Assembly: GCA_963667705.1 (NCBI GenBank)
Contig: OY763937.1
Coordinates: 1,354,948 to 1,418,947 of the forward strand
DNA length: 64,000 bases
Direction: 5' to 3'
Source of the DNA: Alphaproteobacteria bacterium
GTDB lineage: Bacteria > Pseudomonadota > Alphaproteobacteria > UBA828
A program made the position numbers and the translations under genes. Each line of letters starts with the position of its first letter. The stretch's first letter is position 1. Positions 1-9,770 of this stretch are shown here, in pieces. Below the pieces are notes generated by a model. That model ran no database searches. It saw only the letters and a list, made by a program, of their open reading frames with translations, and was not told where the DNA came from.

Positions 1-289
1 TAATTGCATTTAGAGAAATGCATCGGTTGCATCATCTCATCAAAGCAATATTTTACTACAAATACTTGTTTATCGACACAGAGAGACATCAGGAAGTGTA
101 GTAGGATAGTGGCAACGTGTTGGGAGGCCGGGAAAACAGACTCAAGATTGATCAGTGCCGTTGGGAAGCGTTCATAAGTGTTAACGATGGCCCAATAAAG
201 CTCCACGCGAGGCGTCTGGGTGGTCCGGTGGCGGCGGCGCAGAGTTGCGCCACTCATGTCCCCTTGTCTGTAGTGGCGAGGGGCGGTGA

Positions 290-622
290 ATGTACGGCGT
301 GGAGCTTTATGCGGGGGTTCGGCTTGCGGTTGTCGAGGAGGGCCTGAGGCACAGGGAAGCGGGCCTACGGTTCGGGATCGACCGCCGGACGGTGAACAAG
401 ATGCTGAGCTATTCGCCGTCGCCGGGGTACCGGCGGACCAGGCCGGTCAGGCGTCCGAAGCTGGAGGACTTCACCGGGATCATCGACGCGATCCTTGAGG
501 AGGACGTGGCCCCGGAGGTGCCGCGCAAGCAGCGGCACACGGCGTATCAGATGATCGAGACGCGCGACGAAAAGAGGCTGCTCCGGCTCCAGGACCAGCT
601 CGCCAAGGTCAGCCTACTGTGA
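290..622 (+). pseudogene. IS21-family transposase IstA N-terminal (HTH) fragment, truncated after about 100 aa
   Basis: Translation (ELYAGVRLAVVEEGLRHREAGLRFGIDRRTVNKML...RRTRPVRRPKLEDFTGIIDAILEED...RKQRHTA) matches the conserved N-terminus of IS21 IstA, then diverges and stops. An AT-rich segment precedes it. Confidence 0.5.
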
Positions 623-1210
623 TCGCCGACGAGCTCGGATACGTGCCCTGTCCGGCCTAGCAGCGTGTCGTAGGTCGCCACCCCGCCCGCATCGAGGACG
701 CCCAAAGGTTCTGGAGCCGGGCGGCGCAGGCGGCGGTGAGATTCCGGTGAACGGCCGCCTCGTCAGGCTGCGGCCTTGAAGCCATCGAAAGGCCACAAGA
801 TCAACCGCGTCGACGAGCCGCTGCCTTGGAACTGCCCGTCGACTGAAGATCGGGAAGCCCACAGCTGAACCTGCTCGTTCTGTCAAGCCGGGCGCTTACG
901 TTTGACCTTGTTGAGTTCCCGCATTGGCGCGGCGGCAGCGCTGAGAGCGGTGGAGGGGTCGATGAGACCCCGGGCGGGCGCCAGGCCGCGAACGCCGGCG
1001 CGCAGGCCGTTGAAACCTCACGGAATCGATTCCGTCATGACGTCGGGTCACTCGGTAACCGAACAATTACTTTTATTAGGTCGTAAGCGTTCGGCGGCCG
1101 GGGGACAGCTGGAACCAAGCTCGCGCTGAACAAGGGTTGCGGCCCAACCATCAAGTCCGTCTGCATTGTCATCCGCCGGTGAACGAAGCATTTGCGGGCC
1201 TGCATTGCAG

Positions 1211-2866
1211 TCATTGTCCACTTCGATCCGCCGCATTGACTTCGAGCGCCTCTCTCGCGATCCGCCGGGCCTCGTCCAGCGTTTCGACAACCCGACCTGC
1301 CGGCACTCCGCCGAGGATGTCGAGGCTGAGCAGCGTCGCGGCCACATCGTCTCGCAGCCCCATGACGATGCACTCGGTCCCGGACTCTGCGGCGATGTCC
1401 AGCAGTTTCCCGATCACCATGGCCGCGCTGTCGTCGATGTAGACGGTGTCCGAGAAGTCGAAGATGACGACCTCGTGTTCCTTGATGTCGAGGCCCACCA
1501 CGCTGACCAGCTTGTGAGACGAAGCGACGCTCAACGTGCCCCTCAGCGCCACCATGCCGACCCGGGCCGCGTGCGGGTCGTCCTGCGCGGGTGCCGTGCC
1601 GTCCGCGAAGAAGCTCGCCTCCAGCAGCGGCACGGATACCACGCTGTCGAGCTCCAGCCGTTCCAGCCGCCGGGCATGCACCATGCCGCCCGCGATCAGC
1701 CCGATGGCCACCGCGGTGATCAGATCCACGAACACCGTGAGGCAGAGTGTCGCCAGCATCACGATCAAGTGCTCGCGCCGCAGGCGATGAAACCGGGCGA
1801 GCATGCGCCAGTCGATGATGTCCCAGCCGACCTTGACCAGCACCCCGGCCAGCGCGGCAAGCGGGATCGGCTCGACGAGCCGCCCGAGGCCCAATACCAG
1901 GGCAAACAGGAGCAGCGCGCGCAGCGCGCCCGACACCGGCGTCGATCCTCCGGAGCGGATGTTGATGACCGTGCCCATGGTCGCCCCGGCACCGGGCAGC
2001 GCGCCGATCAGTCCTGCGGCCATGTTGCCGATGCCCTGGCCGATCAGCTCCCTGTCCGGGTTGTGACGGTTGCCGGTCATCGAATCGGCCACCAGCGAGG
2101 TCAGCAGGCTGTCGACCGAGCCGAGCAGGGCGAGGATGATGGCCGGCTGCAACGCATGCAGCAGGAAGTCGGCCGGCGGCAGGCCGAGTTGCAGGGTCGG
2201 CAGTCCGACCGGGATCGCGCCGATGACCGGCGCTTCCGTGAACCACAACACGCCCAGCGCCGTGCCGGCAGCCAGCGCCACAAGAGGGCCGGGTGCGAAG
2301 CGCGAGAACCTTCGCGGCCAGAGAAACCCCACCGCGAGCGTGACCGCACCGATGGCGAAGGCGCTGGTGTCGATATCGCTCACGGCCGCCGGAAGCGCCC
2401 GAGCTGCGCCCATCGGGCCGCCCGTTGCGCCCGAGGCGCCGAGCAGCGGCAGCGACTGCATCAGCATGATGATGACGCCGATACCGGACATGAAGCCCGA
2501 TACGACGACATGAGGCGTGTAGGCCACGAAACGGCCGATCTTCGACACGCCCAGAAGCACCTGCAGGAGGCCCGCAAGGACCACGACCGTCAGGGCTTCG
2601 GTGAGGCTCGACGCGTGGCTGGTGAGCACCACCGCCATTGCGACGGTCATCGGTGCGGTCGGACCGGAAATCTGCGAGCGCGTGCCGCCGAACACCGATG
2701 CGAAGAAGCCGACCGCGATGGCGCCATAGAGCCCGGCGGCCGCACCCATCCCGGAGGCGATACCAAAGCCAAGCGCGACAGGCAGCGCCACCACCATGGA
2801 GGTGACGCCGCCGAAGAGATCCCCGCGCAGCGTATCGAGGTCGTAGTTCAGGCGGAAACGATCCAT
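1211..2866 (-). CDS. SulP-family anion (sulfate) permease with C-terminal STAS domain
   Basis: 551-aa ORF. The N-terminus (LRGDLFGGVTSMVVALPVALGFGIASG) is the typical SulP TM1 region, followed by multiple hydrophobic helices. The C-terminus has a STAS-like block (VVIFDFSDTVYIDDSAAMVIGKLL). Confidence 0.9.
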   Translation of the reverse strand: MDRFRLNYDLDTLRGDLFGGVTSMVVALPVALGFGIASGMGAAAGLYGAIAVGFFASVFGGTRSQISGPTAPMTVAMAVVLTSHASSLTEALTVVVLAGLLQVLLGVSKIGRFVAYTPHVVVSGFMSGIGVIIMLMQSLPLLGASGATGGPMGAARALPAAVSDIDTSAFAIGAVTLAVGFLWPRRFSRFAPGPLVALAAGTALGVLWFTEAPVIGAIPVGLPTLQLGLPPADFLLHALQPAIILALLGSVDSLLTSLVADSMTGNRHNPDRELIGQGIGNMAAGLIGALPGAGATMGTVINIRSGGSTPVSGALRALLLFALVLGLGRLVEPIPLAALAGVLVKVGWDIIDWRMLARFHRLRREHLIVMLATLCLTVFVDLITAVAIGLIAGGMVHARRLERLELDSVVSVPLLEASFFADGTAPAQDDPHAARVGMVALRGTLSVASSHKLVSVVGLDIKEHEVVIFDFSDTVYIDDSAAMVIGKLLDIAAESGTECIVMGLRDDVAATLLSLDILGGVPAGRVVETLDEARRIAREALEVNAADRSGQ

Positions 2867-3641
2867 CCTCTTGCGCTCAGCCTGCTATCACGGGCACGGG
2901 CAACATCCGCGATAGAGGATGCGTTCGCCAAGCGGCTGCACGGGCCGGCAGTTGCACGGACAAATCGCGGCCAAGGCGGTGATCTGCGCCGCTGACATCG
3001 AGCGCGGCGCGTCCGCGATGATCCAGGTGACACCTTCGATGCAGGGCGGGATCCTCAAGAAGCTTCCGTAGTGACACGTCGTGCGAGAGGAGGGCAGCAG
3101 CGACGCCAGCTCGACCTCTGCCGGCCCCGAGAGCCTGCGTCGGCGGTTCCGCCGATCCGCCTGTCTGGAAGACGGTGTCCGGATCGCCCGAATACTTCCA
3201 TCGCCCCTTCTGGTGGCAAGTCCCACCGGCGCACCAGCCGTTCCGAATGATTGCGCCTTGCGGCGATCCACTCCTCCCCCTCCGCACTTGGTCCGGCCGG
3301 TCCTGATGAAGCGGACAGGATGAAGTAGCGCCGCAATCGTTAGCCGATCGGAAGATCAAATGGAGCGCGGCGTCCGCTCGGTTAGGCTTGTCTGCGAAGT
3401 GCCACTGCATCATTGTCGCCATCACCGCGTGACCGAACGGTAACTTGGGACCTGCTGGGCGCAAGGACTCGGAAACTCGGCGGTCGGGGAATAAGGGGCA
3501 AGGAAGGTGGGGTGGTGCGATTCGGTGCTGCTGTCGGGCGGGATGCGGAAGTGCGATGGCAGTCGGGCTCGGAGGGCCTCAGCCGCATCAAGGGTCGCGG
3601 CTGCGTGTTGCCAATAGGGTCGGCGTGAGCGCGGATATCGA

Positions 3642-5552
3642 TCACGCGGCCAGCGTGACCTCCTGCTCTGCCATATCGCCATCGTCCTCCAGGACATCAT
3701 CTCCTTCCTCTAGGATGTCGCCCCGATAGATCGATATGCCGGTGGCTTGTTCGATTAGCGTTAGCAGGCGTTCATGCCGGTCTGTCACAAAAGCTTCGAA
3801 ATCGTCTGCTCGCAAAAGCATCGGGTCGATCAAGTGCGTCTCTAGGTGATGCTGCAGTGTGTCAATTGGAATCGGCTCCTGCTTTCCGATTCCGTTTGTG
3901 AGTTTGGCAAGATATTGGGAGGGTGCGATTCCGCCAAGCCGCCTGTTGGTGCGGTACGAAAGCGGTGTCTTGTTGACGATCGAATCGTAAATCTTCCAGT
4001 CTTTTCCGTTTTTCTTGCACCAGTCACGGGGAAAAATGTGATGAATATCGACGTTTTCTCCGAAGAACACGGTGTGGTTAAATTGCTGACCAGAGCAAAA
4101 ATCCTTAGCGCCTTCCCGCATTAGAAGCGCGTTTACGCCCTTGTAGGCGGCGGACAAGCGCATTCGCATGCTAAACAAGCGGTCCGCGCGAAAGGTGGCT
4201 TCCGTGACCGTGGATGGCTCAGATCCACCGGCTATCCATTGCGGGACTTCGATGAAATCCTTCGCAATTCGGCTCTCGACGGTCGAGCCATAGAGTTCTC
4301 CGAACACTCCTGCCCAGTACCAGCGGAGTAACTTTTCGCGCGCTGAGGCGTCATGCCATTGGTCCCCGATTTCAGCGAGGATGGCTGCCAACGGTACGAT
4401 CTGCGATTGGTAAGGAAGATCGAATTCACGGTAGATGTATTGCATGTTCAGAAACTTGGCGGCTTCCATGAAACCGTGTTCGAGTTGTTTCTGATATTGC
4501 AGATAGGCGGACAGCGGCAGCGCTAGCAGGGCACGTCGATTGCCTGAGACCGCCGGCAATTCCTTGCCGGTCCTTCCGGCCGCCGCGGCCTCTCGGCGCA
4601 AGTCGCGAGTGTGGAAGAGAGAGATAGCCTGCAGAAAATCCGTGTTGCCGACTTTGGACAGAATGCCGAAATCTTGTCCTGGTGCGCTGTAGGCGGTCTC
4701 CAATCGGTGATGTCTGCCCGGGATACCATCCGAACCGTACCAGTCCTTTCTCAGTTCATGGCCTTCGGCGGCATACATGGCCGTGACGAGCTCGAAGGCA
4801 TCCAGAGGTTTGCCACCAGTGTTGACTTTTTCGAATACGACGCAAACGGCTTCCTTACTGGTTTGCTTGTCTAGAGCGATCACCGGAACATTGTATTTTG
4901 TGAATTGATCGATAATCTCCTCTTTGAATGACTTAATGATATTCCATTGCTCATTGAAATTTCCTGCTCGCATCGAATATTCGATGAAGTCTTTTTGCCA
5001 ATCGTCCCAATCGAAAATGTGAGATATGGGATACATCAAGTTCTCAAACTCTGCTTCGCGGCTGGACAAATCGAGTTCTACGTTGCGGTTGAATGCACTT
5101 CTGACGACGCGATCTTGCGGAATGCCAATTATAGCGTCTTCCCGGTCGGTATCTCGGTCGAGAGCGGACATGATGTCGATATAGAACCAGCGACTCACCT
5201 TCTTGCGTTTAGGGGTGACTGTTTTCACTACCCTATTGCGGATCGTCACTTGGTAAAGGGATGTCATGCGCTGCTGGCCATCGAGCAACAGGGATTGCGG
5301 CGATGCGCTGCTTGCATCCGATGGAGCACCCTCGATCGTTCGTGGTTTGAACTCTACCGCTCCACCATGTTGAAGGGTCATGAGCGCGCCGATCGGGAAA
5401 CCTCGAGAAACGGATGCTATGAGGCTCTTGATCCTGTCTTCGTCCCATACCCAACTTCTCTGGAAATCTGGCAATTGCAGTTCACCGTTGTGGCACTGGC
5501 GCAGTAGGATCTCGAGCGCGTACGGATTGGTCTGGAAGGTCGATCCCGGCAT
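3642..5552 (-). CDS. GmrSD-family Type IV (modification-dependent) restriction endonuclease, DUF262 + DUF1524
   Basis: N-terminal DUF262/ParB-like motifs (LPDFQRSWVWD, LLLDGQQR). C-terminal DUF1524/HNH-like block (DIHHIFPRDWCKK). Lower GC than the flanks. An ATG at 5552 has an AAAGGGA Shine-Dalgarno; the reported ORF start at 5588 is a TTG. Confidence 0.8.
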   Translation of the reverse strand: MPGSTFQTNPYALEILLRQCHNGELQLPDFQRSWVWDEDRIKSLIASVSRGFPIGALMTLQHGGAVEFKPRTIEGAPSDASSASPQSLLLDGQQRMTSLYQVTIRNRVVKTVTPKRKKVSRWFYIDIMSALDRDTDREDAIIGIPQDRVVRSAFNRNVELDLSSREAEFENLMYPISHIFDWDDWQKDFIEYSMRAGNFNEQWNIIKSFKEEIIDQFTKYNVPVIALDKQTSKEAVCVVFEKVNTGGKPLDAFELVTAMYAAEGHELRKDWYGSDGIPGRHHRLETAYSAPGQDFGILSKVGNTDFLQAISLFHTRDLRREAAAAGRTGKELPAVSGNRRALLALPLSAYLQYQKQLEHGFMEAAKFLNMQYIYREFDLPYQSQIVPLAAILAEIGDQWHDASAREKLLRWYWAGVFGELYGSTVESRIAKDFIEVPQWIAGGSEPSTVTEATFRADRLFSMRMRLSAAYKGVNALLMREGAKDFCSGQQFNHTVFFGENVDIHHIFPRDWCKKNGKDWKIYDSIVNKTPLSYRTNRRLGGIAPSQYLAKLTNGIGKQEPIPIDTLQHHLETHLIDPMLLRADDFEAFVTDRHERLLTLIEQATGISIYRGDILEEGDDVLEDDGDMAEQEVTLAA

Positions 5553-5941
5553 GGAATGAGGTCCCTTTGCAGAATTTGGCGTCGTCAAGGTCGCACGCTG
5601 GTCGATCCGGACCGGATCAGAGGCGGTCGACGCGTTCAGCCGACCGTACGGGAGTGGGATTCAAAGGATTGGCGTCAGGCTGTCAATGGCGTTGACCACG
5701 CGCTGTGGTGCATCGGCGGAGAGCCGGTCGGCGCTCATCTTGCACGCCGATGGATCTCAGGCAGTGGGATTCGGGTCGTCGATGATCGCCGGCACGCGGC
5801 TGCGTCTTGCGGCCTTCGGAGCGTGAATGCATCTTGCAGGATGCAGCGGAGCAACATGGGATCGGAGCAGCGGCGCGTGCACTGTTCAGTTGAACCAAGC
5901 GAATGGACTCGCGCACCGCACTCGCGGGTCCCTCGGACACG

Positions 5942-8818
5942 ATGACGCCGGACGCGTTCATCGCCAAGTGGCAGGCGTCGGAGCTGAAGGAACGGTCGGC
6001 GGCGCAAGAACACTTCATCGACCTGTGCCGCTTGCTTGGCGAGCCGACGCCGGCAGAAGCCGATCCGGCAGGCGAGCGGTACTGCTTCGAGCGCGGCGCG
6101 CGGAAGGATACCGGCGGCGATGGCTGGGCGGACGTGTGGAAGCGCGGCTGCTTCGCCTGGGAGTATAAAAGCCCCCGCGCTGACCTCGACGCAGCGTTCA
6201 ACCAGTTGCGTCAATACGCGCTTGCCCTTGAGAACCCGCCGCTGCTGATCGTCTCGGACATGGCGCGGTACCGCATCCGCACCAACTGGACGAACAGCGT
6301 GAGTGCGACGCATGAGTTCACTCTCGAAGATCTCGCGGATGGATCGATCCGCGACACGCTCAAATGGGCGATGTCGAACCCGGAGCGCCTGCGTCCGGGC
6401 GAGACGCGGCAGGCAGTGACGGAACGCGCGGCGGCGACCTTCGCCGAGCTTGCCCAAGGCTTGCGGGACCGGGGCCACGATGCGCAGACGGTGGCGCATT
6501 TCGTCAACCGCCTGGTGTTCTGCATGTTTGCCGAAGACGTGGGCCTGCTGCCCAACGATATGTTCACCCGGATGCTGGAACGCACGCGCCGCGACCCTGA
6601 CAGGTTCGTGGATTACGCGTCGCGGCTGTTCGGCGCGATGGCCACGGGCGGCGATGTGGGGTTCGAGCCGGTGGCATGGTTCAACGGCGGGCTGTTCGAC
6701 GACGACGCGGCCTTGCCGCTCGACCTGGAGGGGATCGAGACGGCGCTCAAGGCGGCGGCGCTCGACTGGTCGGAGATCGACCCGTCGATCCTGGGGACGC
6801 TGTTCGAGCGCGGCCTCGACCCGGACAAGCGCTCGCAGCTCGGGGCGCACTACACCGACCGGGACAAGATCATGCGGATCGTCGAGCCGGTGATCGTCCG
6901 TCCGCTGCTCGCGGAGTGGGAGATGGCGAAGGCCGGGATCGCGGCCACGGTGGAGCGCGCCGACGCGGCGGGCTCGCCGGCCGCGCGGACACGACTGCGA
7001 CGGCAGGCTGAACGGGCGCTGCGTACCTTTCTGGAACGGCTGCGGACGTTCACCGTGCTTGATCCTGCCTGCGGGTCGGGCAACTTCCTCTATCTCGCGC
7101 TGCAGGCGCTCAAGGACATCGAGCACCGGGTCCAGCTTGAAACGGAGATGATGGGCCTTGCGCGCGGGTTTCCGGCAGTCGGCCCGGCAAACGTGAGGGG
7201 CATCGAGATCAACGCCTACGCTGCTGAGCTCGCCCGCGTGTCGGTGTGGATCGGCGAAATCCAGTGGATGCGTCGCAACGGGTTTAGCAACTCGGCCGAT
7301 CCGATTCTCGATTCGCTCGATACCATCGAATGCCGCGACGCTATCCTCGCGCCGGACGGAAGCGAACCCGACTGGCCGGAGGCCGACACCGTGATCGGCA
7401 ACCCGCCGTTTCTCGGCGGAAAGCTGCTTATCGGCGGGCTGGGGGAGGATTACGTCGGCCGGATGTTTGCGGCGTGGAAGGGTCGCGTACCTCGCGAGGC
7501 CGATCTCGTCTGCTACTGGTTCGTGAAGGCGGGCGAGCAAATCGCATCAGGCAAGGCAACGCGCGCCGGCCTCGTCGCCACGAACTCAATACGCGGGGGC
7601 GCGAACCGCCGGGCCCTGCAGGCCGCGATCGATGGGCGCCCGATTTTCAATGCCTGGTCAGACGAGCCGTGGGTTATCGACGGTGCGGCAGTGCGGGTAT
7701 CGCTGGTCAGCTTCTCCGGCGCAGGAGATGCGTGCAGGCCTGAGAACCATCTGAACGGGAAGCCGGTGGACGAAATCCATTCTGACCTCACGGCCAGGCG
7801 CGGCGGTTTCGGGATCGATCTGACCGGAGCGAGGCGCATCCCCACGAACTTCGAGATTGCCTTCATGGGCGATACCAAAAGCGGCGCATTTGACGTTCCG
7901 GGCTATCTGGCCCGCGAATGGCTCCGCCTAGCGGCCAATCCGAACGGGCGGCCCAATGCCGACGTTGTCAAACCCTGGTTCAACGGCATGGATCTCACCC
8001 GCCGCCCGGCGGGCAAGTGGATCGTAGATTTCGGGTGGCAGATGACGGAAGCGGACGCCGCGCTTTATGAAGCGCCCTTCGAGTACGTTAAGGAACACGT
8101 GTGGCCGAAGCGGCGGAAGAACAGGGCTGCGTCAGTCAGAAGACTTTGGTGGCGGCACGAGCGTCCGCGTCCGGATATGTGGAAGGCGCTCGATAGCCTG
8201 ACTCGGTTCATCGCGACGCCCACAGTCGCCAAACACCGGTTGTTCGTCTGGCTCGATGCGGGCGTTTGTCCCGACCACCAGCTGATTGTCATCGCCCGCG
8301 ACGACGACGTAAGCTTCGGCATCCTGCACAGCCGGTTTCACGAGGCATGGTCGCTGCGGCTCGGGACTAGCCTGGAGGACAGGCCGCGATACACCCCGAC
8401 CACCACCTTCGAGACCTTTCCCTTCCCTGTCGGCCTCACGCCCGACATCCCCGCCGCGGACTACGCCGAAGATCCGCGCGCCATAGCCATCGCTGACGCC
8501 GCGCGGCGGCTGGCAGACTTGCGCGACCGCTGGCTCAACCCGCCCGAATGGGTGGAGTGGATGGATGAGCCGGTGCCGGGCTATCCGAAGCGTCCGGCCG
8601 CCCGCGACGAGGAGTCGGCGAGACACCTCAAGACGCGCACGTTGACCAACCTATATAACGCACGGCCACAATGGCTCGACGATGCCCACCAAGAGCTCGA
8701 TGCTGCCGTGGCGGCAGCCTACGGGTGGGATGCGGGGATTCCCGAGGAGGACGTGTTGGTTGAGTTGTCAGAACGCAATTTCGCCGCAAATGCTAAAGGA
8801 CACCTGAGGACATCGTGA
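5942..8818 (+). CDS. MmeI-family Type IIL/IIG restriction-modification fusion enzyme (N-terminal PD-ExK endonuclease + N6-adenine methyltransferase + TRD)
   Basis: The N-terminus aligns to the MmeI nuclease domain (EHFIDLCRLLGEP; D-x9-E-Y-K in GWADVWKRGCFAWEYKS; PPLLIVSDMARYRIRTN). Methyltransferase motif I is VLDPACGSGNFL and motif IV is NPPF (VIGNPPFLGGK). About 960-970 aa, comparable to MmeI (919 aa). The start could also be the ATG at 5903. Confidence 0.8.
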   Translation: MTPDAFIAKWQASELKERSAAQEHFIDLCRLLGEPTPAEADPAGERYCFERGARKDTGGDGWADVWKRGCFAWEYKSPRADLDAAFNQLRQYALALENPPLLIVSDMARYRIRTNWTNSVSATHEFTLEDLADGSIRDTLKWAMSNPERLRPGETRQAVTERAAATFAELAQGLRDRGHDAQTVAHFVNRLVFCMFAEDVGLLPNDMFTRMLERTRRDPDRFVDYASRLFGAMATGGDVGFEPVAWFNGGLFDDDAALPLDLEGIETALKAAALDWSEIDPSILGTLFERGLDPDKRSQLGAHYTDRDKIMRIVEPVIVRPLLAEWEMAKAGIAATVERADAAGSPAARTRLRRQAERALRTFLERLRTFTVLDPACGSGNFLYLALQALKDIEHRVQLETEMMGLARGFPAVGPANVRGIEINAYAAELARVSVWIGEIQWMRRNGFSNSADPILDSLDTIECRDAILAPDGSEPDWPEADTVIGNPPFLGGKLLIGGLGEDYVGRMFAAWKGRVPREADLVCYWFVKAGEQIASGKATRAGLVATNSIRGGANRRALQAAIDGRPIFNAWSDEPWVIDGAAVRVSLVSFSGAGDACRPENHLNGKPVDEIHSDLTARRGGFGIDLTGARRIPTNFEIAFMGDTKSGAFDVPGYLAREWLRLAANPNGRPNADVVKPWFNGMDLTRRPAGKWIVDFGWQMTEADAALYEAPFEYVKEHVWPKRRKNRAASVRRLWWRHERPRPDMWKALDSLTRFIATPTVAKHRLFVWLDAGVCPDHQLIVIARDDDVSFGILHSRFHEAWSLRLGTSLEDRPRYTPTTTFETFPFPVGLTPDIPAADYAEDPRAIAIADAARRLADLRDRWLNPPEWVEWMDEPVPGYPKRPAARDEESARHLKTRTLTNLYNARPQWLDDAHQELDAAVAAAYGWDAGIPEEDVLVELSERNFAANAKGHLRTS

Positions 8819-8825
8819 GCAGGCC

Positions 8826-9506
8826 ATGAACGCGAAACTGCTGGCCATGAACCTTATTCGGCATATCGGGGACCGAGTGTCGGAATTGGGGCAACCAATC
8901 GAACAGTTTTCTGGTTTTAGCGCACAAATCGATGCCCCCAGCGAAGAGATCGCGTATAACCTCCTAGAAGAACTACAAGAACGAAAACTCGTTATATTTA
9001 GCAGAGTCATAAGGGCATTTGAAGGCACTACGTTCACGAACGTCAATCTAAGCTTGGACGGCTGGGAGGAGTACGATAGGGAAAAGCTCGGTGCATTCGA
9101 TGGCAACTACGGGTTTATCGCCATGAAATTCGGCGATGAGCAGCTTGATATATTCGTTCGCGATGTGGTGAAACCAGCTATTCGAGAGCAGTTGGGAATT
9201 GATCTTGTAGACTTGCGCGATGTGGAGCAAGCAGGAGTTATCGACGACATCATGCGCGTAAAGATCAGAGACTCGAAGTTCGTTATCTCTGACCTCACTC
9301 ACGACAATCATGGAGCCTATTGGGAAGCGGGATACGCAGAAGGTTTGGGAAAGCCGGTGGTGTACATCTGCGACAGGGAGAAGTTCGAGAAAGTTGGCAC
9401 TCATTTTGATGTCAACCACTGCACAACTATCGCGTGGTCTACTGAGGACAGTGATGGATTTTGCTCCAGGTTGATCGCAACACTGCGTCGATCCTTGGAT
9501 CTGTAA
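8826..9506 (+). CDS. Nucleoside 2-deoxyribosyltransferase-like (PF05014/SLOG-fold) protein with about 100-aa N-terminal extension
   Basis: GFIAMKFGD and DLTHDNHGAYWEAGYAEGLGKPVVYIC match the NDT signature (YLAGPFF...DSGTAFELGYAYALGKPV), including the catalytic Glu. GC is about 47%. The gene starts 8 bp after the MmeI-like stop. Confidence 0.6.
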   Translation: MNAKLLAMNLIRHIGDRVSELGQPIEQFSGFSAQIDAPSEEIAYNLLEELQERKLVIFSRVIRAFEGTTFTNVNLSLDGWEEYDREKLGAFDGNYGFIAMKFGDEQLDIFVRDVVKPAIREQLGIDLVDLRDVEQAGVIDDIMRVKIRDSKFVISDLTHDNHGAYWEAGYAEGLGKPVVYICDREKFEKVGTHFDVNHCTTIAWSTEDSDGFCSRLIATLRRSLDL

Positions 9507-9770
9507 CCTAATGCCCTTGGCAATTCGGTGCAAGCACCCTCGATTCCACAAGCGCCGATTCACACTGGCTATCTTGACACTGCTGTGTCCCACTCTGAAC
9601 GTTGCCTGTTGGCGGCAGCTACCGACAAAAAACTTCACCTCCAAAATATCCGACGGTGTCCTTGCCACTGGAATTCCCGCGATCATGACAGCCATGCCGA
9701 GATCTCCCTCGTCTCACCATCGTCTCAAGGGCGGATGCGGCATGTACCCTTCCCGCTCAGGAACCCTGCA

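Noticed and set aside
1035-2995. Long ORFs (403 aa on the minus strand, 609 aa on the plus strand) overlapping the SulP gene
   Set aside because: They are antisense or out of frame to a clearly homologous permease. Arg/Ala/Gly/Pro-rich low-complexity translations are typical of spurious ORFs in >65% GC DNA.
5735-7540. 601-aa minus-strand ORF opposite the MmeI-like gene
   Set aside because: Antisense to a gene with strong family-specific motifs. Its composition is dominated by R/A/G/P.
8826-9506. Considered a TIR-domain (Thoeris ThsB-like) assignment for the 8826 ORF
   Set aside because: The motif context around the conserved Glu (GAYWEAGYAxGLGKPV) and the N-terminal FIAMKF fit the NDT family better than the TIR catalytic-Glu context. 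The folds are related, so this remains to be verified.
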